The notes under the pieces are model-generated. The model was not told where the DNA came from, made no database searches, and saw only the letters and a program-made list of their open reading frames with translations. 64,000 nucleotides of DNA from the human T2T-CHM13v2.0 reference genome, Homo sapiens. The position numbers and the translations under genes are program-made. The stretch lies in the NCBI RefSeq assembly GCF_009914755.1, contig NC_060932.1, one strand, 5' to 3'. Of this stretch, positions 29,560 through 44,121 are shown piece after piece (the stretch's first letter is position 1; each line of letters opens with the position of its first letter).

Positions 29560-30879
29560 ATGGCCATGTCCAAATCCAAGCAGCTCATAGCAGTAGTGAC
29601 CATTGTTGAGTTTACTACCTACCAGGTACTCTTCTAAGCACATCACCTGTAATTAATCCATGATTTCTCATAACAAACATACATGCAGGTATTATTTTTA
29701 ACACCATTTTTTTGCAGAAGTTTGGGCATAATAAACCCAGGCTTTTTTTATATCAAACCCATGACTTTTCTACTTTATACTTTAATAGACAAAACTGCAA
29801 ACATATGTAACTACACGTGTTCACCCTTGGAATGAACCTTCTACCTGTTGAGCCGAGCCAGTCTCAAGTAGTCCCCATTCTCCAGTTTTTCATTTATGTC
29901 AAAATTAACTGATCTGGGGAAGTGTTACTTTAAAACTTATTGCTATATAGATGGCAGGAATTTTAAACTCAACAATGAGTTACCCTAGGTTACAGTCTAG
30001 GTTTCACTAATCTGTGCCTGGATATATAACACTATTTTGTGGTATCTTCTTTACAAAATAAAATAAATTAAAATTCTGATTGGCGCATGAGCTATTTCAT
30101 GTCTCTATTTTTCCATTTCTCAGATTCTCAGATTCTTAAGTAGACAATGCCCTAACAAATAAGTTTTTCTTCTAGTAGTTATTCACCTATAACACATAAC
30201 CAGTTTCATGGGGAGCAGCAACATGTATCTGCCTATCGCCTTTGATTGACACTTTGTTCTTCAGCGATAGCAACGAAGGAAGTATTTAGGCTGGATTAAA
30301 GTGATTAAGCATCAAGAGAAATTATTTCTATGCATCAGCAATTAGACAGGTTTGGACAGTTCTAATAAAGAATGCCTTGAATGTCACATGTTAGAAATTT
30401 GGACAAATTTGTATGGCACTTTCACATCCTACGCACTGTCATCTGTTACTATCATAGTTTGAGATTAAATTTCCTTTGCTGGGCATTGTTGATTATGAAG
30501 CTTAATAATCACCATGTTCCTGGGAAAGCAGTTGACCATGTCCACCCACTGAGTTCATTCCCTTGGCATATTCGAATGAATATTACCATTAGAAGGAAAT
30601 CGTGTGTCCATGACATTTGCAGAGCTAATGCCGATCTCCATTCTTCATCAGCCACCCATTAAATATGCCATAAATGATTCTAAAGTAACACTTTCTCATT
30701 GGCAATTAGCAAACTGCTTTGCCAATTCTTTGTCAGGAATTTGCTTACAGGATTTGCTCAAGAAAACACATGAATTTCAAAATCACCATCGAGACATATG
30801 AAAAAGTAAGGCCAAGGAAGGAAAAGTGAATGAAGTCACCCAAAGTATATGCTTCCTCCTCAACTTTGGTGGACAGAAG

Positions 30880-32619
30880 TGTTAGGGGAAAAGGAGCACA
30901 TGAGAGCCAGGGTGCCATCATTTGAAAATCAACTCCATCTTAAAACTAGCAAGGCACATTCCTCACCAGTCACAACCCATGGTCATAAGATGTTTATGGC
31001 TAAGGAAGCAGCTTAGTCATGACAGCAAGGACAAACTTCTGTGACAGCAGAATGTCCAGATGTACCAATACTGATGGCAGCAGTGAGCCATCTGCCATCA
31101 CACTGGCCACTACAGGGAGGGCGCAGGAGGAGGCAGACAGCACCCTCCCCCCAGCAGCTTCTGCCCTGGGGCCGCTGAGATAGGGCCAGGCCAGGTCACG
31201 TGCCTGGTGAGGGGGAGCTTTCCAGGTGCAACTGCAGCCACCCCAGTCACAGCTGCAGCCCAGGCACCCCTATTCTCTTGGGAGCCAGGAGCACACAGAA
31301 ACCCCACCCCCCACCCTGCGTAGGTGCAGCCACCCAAACCAAGGCTGCAGACCCAGGCCTCCCTGCACTCTTGCACTTGCAGGCTTGGAAGTGACTGTTC
31401 CTGCTGCCTGGCCTCTCCCTGGCACGCGCTTCAATCTCGGACCAGAGTTGGGGCCAAACCCAGGTGCTGTCACAACCTGGCTGTGTATGCACATGCTTGG
31501 GGAAGTGTTGACATGCCAGCCTCCTGCCATCTTGGCCCCCTCCAGACTTTGGGTGCTGATCAGCTGAGGAGCATGAGAGGGGAAGCTGAGGGGAGCTGAG
31601 GGCAGCTAGGTGCTGCCCTGCAGGTGTCCCTTGGTGCAATAGATGGTTGTGGGAGGCAGACAGGCTCCTGGGTGGAAGTGGGTAGATCCCCAATGAAGCC
31701 TCACCTTCAGGCTAGGGCACGCCTGAAGCCTGGAGGCTGGGCTGCCAGTCCTGTAGAAAGGAGGGGGAACTCATGGTGCTTTATCCTAGGCCCACTCGTG
31801 GCTGCCCATGGACCAATTAGCATGCACTTCCCCTCTCTGAGGCCTGTAAAAGCCGCAGGCTCAGCCAGAACAGAGCAAAGGACAGGACAACCAGCTGCAA
31901 AGAGGAGTTAACCTCCCCAGGACCTCCTCTCTGCTGAGAGCTGCAGACCAAACAGGACCACCTGCCTGCAGAGAGGAACCACCCACTCCAGGGCCTCCCC
32001 TCTGCTGAGAGCTGAACACTGAATCAGATGACCAGCCTACAGACAGGAGCTGCCCCCTGTGTGTCTCCTCTGAGCTGTTCTAACACTCAATAAAGCTTCT
32101 CTTTGTCTTGCTCACCCTCTACTTGTAAGCATACCTCATTCTTCCTGTACACAAGATAAGAACTCAGGCAAAGGTGCCTCCAGCCACAGATGTTTCTGGC
32201 CAGAAAAGTGATACACTAAAGATCCCATAACTTTAAAGATAAAGTTATGTGATACACTATCACATAACAGTGTGTGCTTTTATGATAGCTATAGTCATGC
32301 TTTGATGTACTTACTCACTAAAATGCCAAGTAAAACTTTCTTTAAGTCAACAAAGTAATAAATGTTGTCATGCTCTCAGTCCACCTAAACATAGACATAG
32401 CTTACTTTTACATAGATAAGACCCCTACATAAGGAGAGTTTAAAACAAAGATGGCATATTCCTCCTCTTGCTTTCTGAGGATGGCCTACTCTGTTACTGA
32501 GCAGCTTCAATAAACTCTGTCTTCTCACTGTACTCAAGGACTTGCCCTTAATTCCTTTCTGCATGAGAGCCAAGAACTCTCTCTTGGGGTCTGGATTGGA
32601 ATCCCTTTTTCTGGCAACA
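30880..32619 (+). mobile_element. ERV1 (MER4-group; MER66/MER41-like) solo LTR interrupted by a MER52 LTR
   Basis: TG...CA termini; 3' end ccaagaactctctcttggggtctggatt...ggcaaca; 4-bp flanks gaag/gatg. Confidence 0.7.
31072..32231 (+). mobile_element. MER52-type LTR
   Basis: Starts tgatggcagcagtg, GC-rich body, repeated cctcctctctgctgagagctg units, AATAAA at ~32089. Confidence 0.8.
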
Positions 32620-33218
32620 GATGTGAACAAGATATTGCTTGGGAGAAATGAAAGATTTGTCAAAGAATGAGAATAGTTAACAACATTAAAGACATGTACC
32701 TTGCCCACATTAACAGCCTATAACTCCATGTGTTATCAGAAAAGAAAAACATAAATATTCACTGCCAAGCTAATATATATTTCAGGGCTTGGCATGCCAT
32801 ATCATGATACCATTCAAGATACTGTCAAGGAACACCAATGTCCACATTCCATCAGTACAATATCCCTACCCCTCTTGCTGTCCATGACAGCAGGGCCACT
32901 AACTGGAATGCTGTCTCTCCACAGAGACCCCCAACCTCCAGCCTGTCATTACAAAGGATGGGTCTAAAATGTCACATTTAGAACCACTGAAAACTTGAAA
33001 CTTTTTTCCATTTCCATCCCTCTTAGTGTCATTAATCAAACAGAGCCTCTTTCATATTATTTACTTGGCTGTTCCTCAAATCTCTTCAGACAACCAAAAC
33101 AATCTAGAAAGTACAGTGTAGCTTTTAAGAACACAGATTTTGATGTCCAATTAGATCTTGGTTCAAGTTCCAGTTTTAAACTTCCTAGTGGACTTAGCAT
33201 GTTAGGGGCCAGTCAAGG

Positions 33219-33286
33219 GGAGGAGAAGGAGGAAGAGGAGGAGGAGGAGGAAGAGGAGGAGGACAAAGAGGAGGAGGAGGAGGAGG
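33219..33286 (+). repeat. (GAG)n-rich low complexity tract
   Basis: Direct inspection. Confidence 0.9.
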
Positions 33287-33375
33287 TGAAAGAACATTCT
33301 AAGAGCTCCAGAGAGAATGGAATGTAATACAAGGAAATATACCACAAGTTAAGGGAAAGGTAAGAAGCAAATTCA

Positions 33376-33717
33376 ACTCTAGTCAGTGTGGGCTGCCATA
33401 ACAAAATATAGACTTGGTGACTTAAATGACAGAAAGCTCTGGGTGATAGCACAGTCAGTTTCTGGTGAGGGCTCTCTCCCTGGCTTGCAGAGGGCCACCT
33501 TCTCATCATGTCCTCACATGACAGAGCAAGAGTGAGCTCTCCAGTGTCTCTTTTTATAAAGACACTAATCCAATCAGATCAGGGTCCTACCCTTAAAGCT
33601 CATTTAGCCTTATTTACTTCCTTAAAGGCCCTATATCGAAATACAGTAACATTGGGAGCTTAGGGCTTCAACATATGAATTTGGGGTGGGGGAGAGGGAA
33701 CAGTTCAGTTCATCACA
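33376..33717 (-). mobile_element. MaLR LTR (MLT1A-like)
   Basis: ggctgccataacaaaat ... tctggtgagggctctct ... ttcaacatatgaatttgggg. Confidence 0.7.
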
Positions 33718-34323
33718 GGGGATAATGGGGCAACTCAGAAATTAGCAATGGAAAAAAGCCATTATCACCTCTGGGGTTGCAGCACACAAGAAGTAGATGT
33801 TGCTACCAGAGACCAGAACCCAGGATCATCCAGAGGGAGCTAGAATTATGGCAGCAGGGGCAGCCTGGTGAGAACTGAGACCATGGAGGGGAGAGGTGTC
33901 CAAGGGAAGTCATACTCAAGAACTCAAGCAGGAAAAGGAGACACTACCTCTGCTGGACGTGGGGCCTGAAAGAAAGGTGGGGAGGTGATGGTGGCAGGTA
34001 TTCTCTGATTTGTCCCTCCTCCCTTTTCTACCCTTTCTCTGGTTCCTCCCATGACCCAGTAGCATATGCAATCTAATCAAGAAGGGAGCCTGAACTATGC
34101 AACTCCTGTGATAAAGAGTAGAGCAGGGTCAGTGTGAGAAATTGAGCTGAGAACAAGCATTGAAAGATGACTGGCACACTCACCATGTGACTTTAGGCGA
34201 CTCATCCTACTTTTCTTCACATCCCTTTTCTCATCTGAAACATGGGGCCAATAAAAGATAATTTGATCACTGTTAAATCAAGTTTAGCCTAAAGCTGCCT
34301 CTTGGAATATTTTAAGTTTGGCC

Positions 34324-35086
<763 letters not shown>

Positions 35087-36693
35087 GGCCTAAAGGTCTA
35101 CAGTCTGTTTATACCTGCACTTGTTAGAGTTCTGTACATCATGAACTATAACAAGTGGAGGTATAAGCAGACTGTAGCCTACACTTTTGCCAATCACCAA
35201 GTTGGGCCAATGAAATGTAACCCACTGTTTAAACCATATTCAAATAAGGCAAATGTTGAGCTGTAACCAGTCCGGCTGTTTCTGCACCTCACTTCCATTT
35301 TCTGTACATCACTTTCCTTTTTCTGTCCATAAATCTTCTTCTACCACCTGGGTGCACTGGAGTCTCTGAGCCTACTTTGGCTTAAGAGGCTGCCCAATTC
35401 ATGAATCGTTCATTGCTCAATAAACTCCTTTAAGTTTAATTCAGGTAAAGTTTTTCTTTTATCAGCATTAGGAATAAAATTATTTGGAAGCTCTTAGGGC
35501 AGTGTCAGTTCTCTAGTAGATGGTAGGCACTAAATAAATGCTGCTTATTATTAGTTAGGGAACTTTTATTTTAGCTAGTTTCAGGAAAAATCCAAATATT
35601 GGTTTGAACCAAGCTGTCTAGCTGTTTATAAAGGGAAGCTTCTGGGAAGGTTAAAACAACTTCTGAGTGTCCACTCATGCTTCCTTTCTGCTCTCTACTT
35701 CTTTTTCCCTCGTTACCTCCTTCCATCAGAGGCTCATTTTTTCCTCTCACCCACAAGTCCCTTCTTGTGCAAAAGTTCCAAGATTCTGTACCTGTGTGCC
35801 TGTGTATGATAATCAAGATGGTTAATCAATGGATTGATAATGAATGGATTTTTAATCCATTTAGACATTTTCCCCAGCTGCATCCTTAGACCCAGGGAAT
35901 GCATACGCACTCTGTGTAGATATCTTCTTTATGGAATGGCTCACCTTGCTCAGGACTGAAGGTCTTAGCAGATGTCCCTTAATAACGAAAGACAAATAAT
36001 GGACACTAGAAGACCCTCAGCTTATGATCCCTCCACATGAACTGCTCTGCCAAAAGGAAGGTCATACTATTCTACCAAGGCCATATCCTTCCCTACGAGG
36101 AAGAGACAGTGTGGGGAAGATGGCAAATGTGAATGGATCTCAAGCACTCTGCTTCTCAGTTTCTAGAAAAATTGCACATTGCAGACAAAAAGAGGCCAAA
36201 AGTAGCGATCTCCAGGAGGAGGCTAGGGCTATTCTCTGCTTTAATCAAGGCAAGAGCATCTATCCAGCTTGTAGAACAAGAACAGTGATGGGCATCAGAT
36301 GCAAATGCAGTGAGTAATCAATTAGGACACAGCTGAGTGACCACAAACAGGAAGTCCTCAGGAAACTGATTCAAAATCCAGTTTTTAGCCACTCAAGGAA
36401 AGTCTCAATAAGGAATTGTTTCAGGACAAATGTGCCAGGAAAGACAGAATCTTGTCGGAATTAGTAATAGCTTTTTATTCCAGGCCTCTCTCCTGAAGAG
36501 TTGAACATGAGCACATCAAACATGTTTGCCCAATGAGAACTGACTGTGTCCAAAAAAAAGACAGAAGATCAGAAAGTATGGCAGTTGTATATCCGTATGG
36601 CAATATAACATCCATCTCCACAGCAATGCCAATAACTAAAACACCTAAAACTCATATATTTTTCTCCAGTTTAGAAAGTAGCTTCAGATACAT

Positions 36694-37061
36694 TGATATG
36701 GTTTGGCTGTGTACCCACCCAAATCTCATCTTGAATTGTAACTGCCACAATTCCCACATGTTGTGGGGGGATCCCAGTGGGAGGCAATTGAAATATGGGG
36801 GTGGATCTTTCCTGCACTGTTCTCATGATAGTGAATGAATCTCACAAGATCTGATGGTTTTAAAAATGGGAGTTTCCCTGCACAAGCTCTCTCTTTGCCT
36901 GCTGCCATCCATGTAAGATGTGACTTGCTCCTCCTTGCTTTCTGCCATGATTGTGAGGCCTCCCCAGCCATGTGGAACTGTAAGTCCATTAAACCTCTTT
37001 CTTTTGTAAATTGCCTAGTCTCAGGTATGTCTTTATCAGCTGCATGAAAACAGACTGATAC
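36694..37061 (+). mobile_element. THE1 LTR
   Basis: tgatatggtttggctgtgt...cagactgataca. Confidence 0.9.
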
Positions 37062-37628
37062 ATACATCATCCTGTTCAAATCTTAGAGTATGTCAGACAG
37101 ATATTGTGCTCTCTGTTTTCAATCTGCAGACGCAGAAGCTGAGAGAAGTGATTAACTTCTATCAGAAGAAAGTTACCAGTAGGACCTACCATATGCATTA
37201 CTGGGGCATTTTTTTTAAGAAAATATATTTTACTTTTTAATTTCTAAGTGTAACAAATATTTGCTGTAGAATAATAGCTTTGTGTTTGCCCATATTCCTG
37301 CCACCTTAGATAACTGTTATATTTCAGCATATGTCTTTCTGATATTTCCATATGCACAAATTTGATATGGCTGTGATCATTTCTGATAATTTCATTTAGT
37401 AACTCATTTGAAGACCATGCTACCAGTGCATAATTAACAGATATTTATTGAGCATCCAGTTTCTGCAGGAGAAATACCAGCTATAGGAATGAGGGAGCTG
37501 GTATTTGACTCATCCCACTTAAATCTGAGTCAGCATGAGCAATCTGTGGTGGAATTTTTTAGGGGTTCACAAATTTGCATTAGACAAAATAAATATCAGA
37601 GGCAAAGGTCAAGATGTAAGCAAGATAA

Positions 37629-38034
37629 TGATATAGTTGGGATATTCATCCCCCCAAATCTCATGTTGAAATGCAATTCCCAATGTCAGAGGTGAGGCCT
37701 GGTGGGAGGTGTTTGAGTCATGGGGGCAGGATCTCTCATGGCTTGGTGCTGTTCTCATGATAGCGAGTGAGTTCTCATGAGATACAGTTGTTAAAACATG
37801 TGGCATCTCCCCCCACACCACCTTCTGTCTTTTGCTCCCACTACAGCCATGTGAAACACCTGCTCCCCCTTCATCTTCCACCATGATTGAAAGTTTCCTT
37901 AGGCCTCACCAGAAGCAGTGCTGACACTATGCTTCCTCTACAGCCTGCAGAACCATGAGCCAAATAAACTTATTTTCTTATAAGTTGACCAGTTTCAAGT
38001 ATTTCTTTATAGCACAACAAGAATGGCCTAATAC
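37629..38034 (+). mobile_element. MST LTR
   Basis: tgatatagttgggatatt...ggcctaataca. Confidence 0.85.
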
Positions 38035-38784
38035 AGATAGGTTTGAGAAAAAAATTCAAGATAAAGAGCAAATTTAGAGACCAAGGGAGGATCAGGAGAG
38101 TCAGGAATCTTACCAGAATTAAAGAAGGAAGCCTAAAGGAAAAGAACTAACAATTTATTTGGCAGGAAAAACATAACCCAACAAAGAGCCAAAAAGTCCA
38201 TTCACATCCTGGGTAGCCTTGGGCCCATCCTTTCACAGATCCTCAGAATCCAGAGGCTGGAAGAGACATGATTGTGCTTGGCCCTTTCTTGAAAACCACA
38301 CTACCAATGCATAATCAACAGTTTATTGAGCATCCAGAGTATGCAGGAGACATACCAGCTATAGGAGTGAAATAGGAATAAGTAAATAGTTAATGTTTGC
38401 CACATTATTTATTAAGTAAGTCTCAGGAACCAGGCTAAACATCTTACATGTGTTCTCTGGTTTGTATCATGTTGTTTAATTTTGTCATCATAACCACACT
38501 ATGAAATAGAAAGCATAAAATCCCTTCCAACAAAGAAACTGAGATTAGGAGAGTTAAATAAATTATCCAATGTCACAGGAGTATCAAAGAAAAAACTCAA
38601 ATCACTTATCTCTGACACATGATCTCAACCCCCAACTATGCTGCTGTCCTTAAAGGACATCGAGCTTAGTCCAACCCTTCAGATCATTAGGTTCATTTTA
38701 TAACATAGTACCAATACTGGAAAACCCCCAGTGTCTACTATCATCCAGGGAGGTCCATTCTGTCTTTGGATGGCTCTGAATTCA

Positions 38785-39660
38785 TCAATTTATTCATTTA
38801 ACAAGTATTGGTAAGCACAAAAATTGCATGAGAGAGGCATAGCTCAAGGCTCTGGCAATATAGCAGTGAACAAATTAAGTCCCTGCCTTTGCGGAATTTA
38901 TATTCCTGTACAAGAACGTAGGAAAAAAGCAAAAGAAAAATATAAAGGATTCAGAGGGTGATAATTGTTTTGGATAAAAAAAGATAAAAAGATTAGGAAG
39001 GGTTGAACGGGGAGAAAAGGGTTGGTCTTTCATAAAGGAGAGTTAAGCTCTAATAAACATATAGATTATTTATGAACCATATATATGCAGATGTCTATGA
39101 AAGATACATGGATATATATGAGAGAATCTATTCCAGTCAGAAAGAGTAAGTACAAAAGCCCTAAGGCAAAAATTCTATTGGCAAGTTATAGAATAACATC
39201 TAGGCCAGGTTCGTAGGAAGGAAATGAACAAGAGGGAAGCCAGGCCAGTGATAAGAGGGGCTCAGTCATGGAGAACCTTGTAGGCCACAGTACATACAAG
39301 GCTTTGGAGGGTTCTTAGCAAAAAAGTGACACTGATAAATTTGGGAAGAAGCACTCTAGTTACTCTGTTGAGTGTCTACTGGGGGACAGGAAGAGTTGAG
39401 GATGATAGGGTTAGTTATGAAGCTATGGCAATAATCTAGGTAAGAGATTTTGGTGTCTAGGACCAATTGGCGATTAAGAGAACTACTAGGCAGCGTTTTG
39501 AGCATATTTTGAAAGTGAGGGCCATGAGATTTACTGGTGATGTGTAGAGAGTAAGAGAAAAGAGAAACCAAACAAAGGTGAACCAGAATGTGTGTTCTGG
39601 AGAAGAAAAAGGATGGAGTTTCCATCTATTGATGTGAAAATGAGTGAGACATCTTTAGAA
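38785..39660. mobile_element. Degenerate L2
   Basis: ttcatttaacaagtattg start and L2-like purine-rich body. Confidence 0.5.
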
Positions 39661-40591
39661 GTGGACAGGGTTAAGGAAGAGGAAGGGAAACCCAGACAGT
39701 GGCTTTGCCATGAGAAGTTGACTGCCCATGAGACATTAAAGTGGAGACGGCATCTCAAGAGAGACCAGTTGCCATCGGCCCTGTGCTTCTTATTCCACCT
39801 GTAAAATGTGTGGAATACATGTCCTCCCAATTCTCTGCATTGTGGGAAAGGATGACAGTGCTTCTAAAAGCAAAACACACCATCAAACCCAAACCTGATG
39901 ATGGTGATAATTTTTATTATCCCTGAAATTAAAATCTCAACTGTGAAGAACAAAAGGAATTGACAGATGGGGAATTGGGACCCATATGGATAGTAGGTTG
40001 GGACAGAAGAGAAAACAAGCTTGACTGCATAGGTGTAAAATGAATGTGTTTGCTTTAACAGTGTAATGTGACCTTGGAGATGATGTATTGGGCTGCTGGC
40101 CCATGTGATTTTCGAGTCTTTCAAAGTAATTATCTTATTTTGATGCTTCACAATCAGATTATTCCTAGTCCGAAAAATCTGCTTTTATTCCTTAGGAATT
40201 ATGACTAGCAATTTGATTGCTCAAGGAAGAAATGGTTGGCTTTATTTCATGATGCTTTAGTCTTGTTCAATGACATGCCCCACGTGTGTGTCTTGAGAGA
40301 AGGGAATTCTTACAACAGGCAGAGCTCCAAGCTTGGTGTCACTGGAGTGACAGCTCCATCCTTTCCAAGATCACCCAGTGCATGGACTCAACTCATCCTC
40401 CTCACTCTCCATCCTAGAATGTCAGGATTCTTCTACAGGAAACAGCACAAAATGAATCCCAATGTGTGAAGTCCAATGTATTTAACCAGTTGATTGAATT
40501 GAAAATCAAATAGTTAAACACAGCTCGACTATTTCCAAAGCAAGCATCCATTAAAAAGAAGAAAATTTCAAGTGATTTCTTGAACTGAGTA

Positions 40592-40893
40592 TTTTGTTGT
40601 TGTTGTTGTTGAGATGGAGTTTCACTCTTGTTGCCCAGGCTGGAGTGCAATGGTGCAATCTCGGCTCACTGCAACCTCTGCCTCCCAGGCTAAGCGACCC
40701 TCCTGCCTCAGCCTCCCAAGTACCTGGGATTACAGGCGTGCACCACCATGCCTGGCTAATTTTGCATTTTCAGTAGAGACAGGATTTCACTATGTTGGTT
40801 AGGCTGGTCTCAAATTCCTGACCTCAAGTGGTCAACCTGCTTCAGCCCCCACAAAGTGCTGGGATTACAGGTGTGAGCCACTGTACCCAGCCT
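40592..40893 (-). mobile_element. Alu (AluSp/Sq-like)
   Basis: gagtttcactcttgttgcccagg diagnostic; (TTG)n tail. Confidence 0.92.
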
Positions 40894-40972
40894 GAGCACT
40901 TCTTTTACATGAACAATTCATTGTTGATCTGAAGAGCAAAAAAAAAAAAAAAAAAAAGACGAGGCTCACAGC

Positions 40973-41349
40973 TGATACAGTTTGGCTGTGTTCCCACCCA
41001 AATCTCATCTTGAACTGTAGTTCCCATAATCCCCACATGTCATGGGTGGGACCCACTGAGAAGTAATTGAATCATGGGGGCAGTTATCCCCATGCTGCTG
41101 TTCTCATGATAGTGAGTGAGTTCTCATGAGATCTGATGGTTTTAAAAGGGGTTTTTCCCCCTTTTTCTCGGCACTTCCCCTTGCTGCCACCATGTGAAGA
41201 AGAACATGTTTGCTTCCCCTTGCACCACGATTGCAAGTTTATTGAGGCCTCCCCAGCCCTGAGGAACTGAGTCAATTAAACCTATTTCCTTTATAAATTA
41301 CCCTGTGTCCGGTATGTCTTTATTAGCAGCATGAGAATGGACTAATACA
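40973..41349 (+). mobile_element. THE1 LTR
   Basis: tgatacagtttggctgtg...ggactaataca. Confidence 0.9.
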
Positions 41350-41463
41350 ACAATACTCAGAATTTTTCTGATTTGTACATTTACTTCCAAGTCAATAAGT
41401 GACCCTTGATGGAACTATTTCATGGAGTGGCTACCAAATTATCAGTAATAAAGCCTAAAATTC

Positions 41464-41605
41464 AAGAAAGAAATAAAGAAACACAGAAAGATAGGATAGA
41501 AAGAAAGGAAGAAAAAGAAAGAAGGAAAGAAAGAGAGAGAGAGAGGAAAGGAAGGAGGAAGGGACAAAGGAAGGAAGGAAGGACAAAAAGAAAGAAAGAG
41601 AAGGA

Positions 41606-41657
<52 letters not shown>

Positions 41658-41778
41658 AAAAGAAAGAAAGAAATAAATGGAGGGAGGGAGGGAAAGGAAA
41701 AGAGAGAGAAAGAGATAGAGGGAAGGGAAAGAGAGAGAGAGAGAGATAGGGAAGGAGGGCAGAAGGGAGGGAGGGAAA
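41464..41778 (+). repeat. Complex polypurine microsatellite (GAAA)n/(GA)n/(GGAA)n
   Basis: ~310 bp nearly all purine; pure (GAAA)n core at ~41603-41658. Confidence 0.95.
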
Positions 41779-43010
41779 GTTCCATGTTAAATGGTACAGA
41801 CCACCCATTGTTATACCAATGTCATTGTAACTGAACAAGACTATCTTTCACTACACAGTCTACTTGATCTTGGCCACCAAAGAAAGAGCAGGAATAATAA
41901 TATCATTTCTTGGGAGGCAGTGCTGCCTAGTGCAGGGAAAACGCACTGAGTTTTGGAATCTAATCCCAACTCTGTTATTACCAATTACATCATATTTGGT
42001 AAACCACTTTACCGTCCCCCCTGCCCTGATTCTCAATGTCCTCATATGTAAAACAAAAAAATATTTCTTAAGTAGCTTCTATAATTTTTGAATTCTCTAA
42101 TTCTATGGCACTATGCATTCATGGAGAACTTTCTTATAAGGGCTTAGAGTGTTGAGGGAGAGAACTTTAAAACACTATTGAGATTTATATCTCCTGCCAC
42201 ACATCTGCCTCAAATGTAACATAGACAAAATCTGACCTTTGATGTCCGCCGCCCCCCAACTCTGCAACTCCCACAACCTGTTACATCCTCTGTTTTCCCA
42301 TTGTGTTACATGGAAACATCATTCTCTCATTCTCTCAGATCAAAAACTTTGTAGTCATCCTTGACTCTGCTCATTCTCCCATTTCCAATCTTCCAGGAAA
42401 TTCCAGTGGCTTTGCCTTCAAATACATGCAGAGTCCTACAATAACCCGCCTTACCCACCACAATCACCCAATAATAAATCACCATTATTTCTCACTTCCA
42501 TTTAAGTCAGTAGCCTTGTAATTGGCCTTCCAGCCTCCGCAACTTATCCTCAACACAGCAGCCAGAGTGATCTTTTAAAAATATAAGTCACTTCTTGCCA
42601 CAGCATGGCTAGAAACCCTCCCAGGGCTTCCCATGGTGTTCAATCTCCCATATAGTAAAATCCAAAGCCTTCGCCAAGCCTGTAAGGCCCCATCTGATCT
42701 ACTCATTTCCTCCCTGACCTCATCTCCCCTCACTTCTCACCATGTCTATTTTGTTCTGGCCACACCAGTCTCTTCATTCTTATTCCGGCACATTAAGCAT
42801 GCTCCCACTTCAGAGTCCCCGGGCTGGACTTAACCCATTGTCTGCACAGCTTTCCTCCTCCCTTGTTCCAGGTCTCTGTCCAAATGTCAACACAGAAAGC
42901 TTCCCTGACCAACCAAGGCATAATTGAACCTTCCTGCCAACTCAATCCCATTTACCAAACTTCATTTTTCATTATAACCCATAGCCCATATCACCTAACA
43001 TAGCATATGC

Positions 43011-43015
43011 GTGTG

Positions 43016-43048
<33 letters not shown>

Positions 43049-43247
43049 ACTTGAGACAGGGTCTCACTCTGTTACCTAGACTGGAGTGCAGTGGTGCAAT
43101 CATAGCTCACTGCAGCCTCGACCTCCCCAGCTCCAGTGATCCTCCCAACTCAGCCTCTTGAGTAGCTGGGATCACACAGGCATGCAATATTACACCTGGC
43201 CCATTTTTTGAATTTTTTTAGAGATGGGGTATCATTATGTTGCCAGC
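43011..43247 (-). mobile_element. Partial AluJ with (TG)n-converted tail
   Basis: (TG)n 43011-43048 followed by a reverse Alu right monomer. Confidence 0.85.
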
Positions 43248-43395
43248 ATATATTTTTTAAAAAATCATCTGCCACTGTGAAAACAGAAAATTAGTATTGT
43301 AAATGCTGCATCCCAAGGGCCTAAAGATGGTATCTGGCCCATAATAGGTACTCAGAAAGTATGTCATGAATGAATGAATGAATGAATGAATGAAT

Positions 43396-44121
43396 TGTAA
43401 AATAAAAATAAAATCCAACTCCCCCCACCTTCAGCAGATTAAAAGGAACCCTCTTGGCCAAGGAGATCCCAGAAAACCTTTAAGTTTCCCAGCCATGAAG
43501 AGACGGGAGGTTGGTCATGCCTCATTATGCCGTCTTTCTTATTAATCTTTACCAGATTATTTCTTAACAATTAAACAGAAACTGGTCCTGGAGAAACAAA
43601 GAATGGAAGCTTTGCTCCATCCTTGATGTCAGCCAATTGCCAGATAGATACCACAGCCCAACTCCCCTCCCTTCTTGTGGTTTTGACACAGCAGGTAACT
43701 GGTTTCACCATGCATTCCTTTCAGATAAAATTCTCCTTTCCATGGACTGGTTTACAGATGCTGTGCACAAGACACTCTGTGTCCTTTGCTTTACCTTTTC
43801 ACTTATAGAGCCTAATTTTAATGCATTTAAATGTCTCCACTTCACAGTGAACATGGGACATGCATAACATGCATGTTTGCTTACAACATATGTTCGCGAT
43901 CCTCTATTCATGAATATTCATAGCTCCTCCTGTAACCTGATGAATATTATATTACATTCAACCCATTTAGCATAACACTCCTGTCCCACCCTTGCTCTGG
44001 CAGAGTGCCTGCTTTTAGTCTGCACAGGAGGCTCCACTTCCCAGCCTGCAAGTTGCAACTTTTTTTAAGAAATAAAACTCTACTTTGCAAATTTATGGAC
44101 GTTGTAATTTTTAAGTCTACA
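43396..44121 (+). mobile_element. MER39-type ERV1 LTR
   Basis: tgtaaaataaaaataaaat...ctcttggccaagg start; AATAAA near 44071; inserted next to an L2 (TGAA)n tail. Confidence 0.7.

Noticed and set aside
31110-31911. Cluster of overlapping ORFs in a GC-rich block
   Set aside because: Lies within the MER52 LTR; no gag/pol/env similarity.
32995-33327. Poly-Glu ORF resembling a neurofilament tail fragment between the genes
   Set aside because: Simple (GAG)n tract among MIR/LTR remnants; no rod homology or splice signals.
41406-41838. Long Lys/Arg/Glu or Phe/Leu/Ser ORFs
   Set aside because: Translations of a GA-rich microsatellite.
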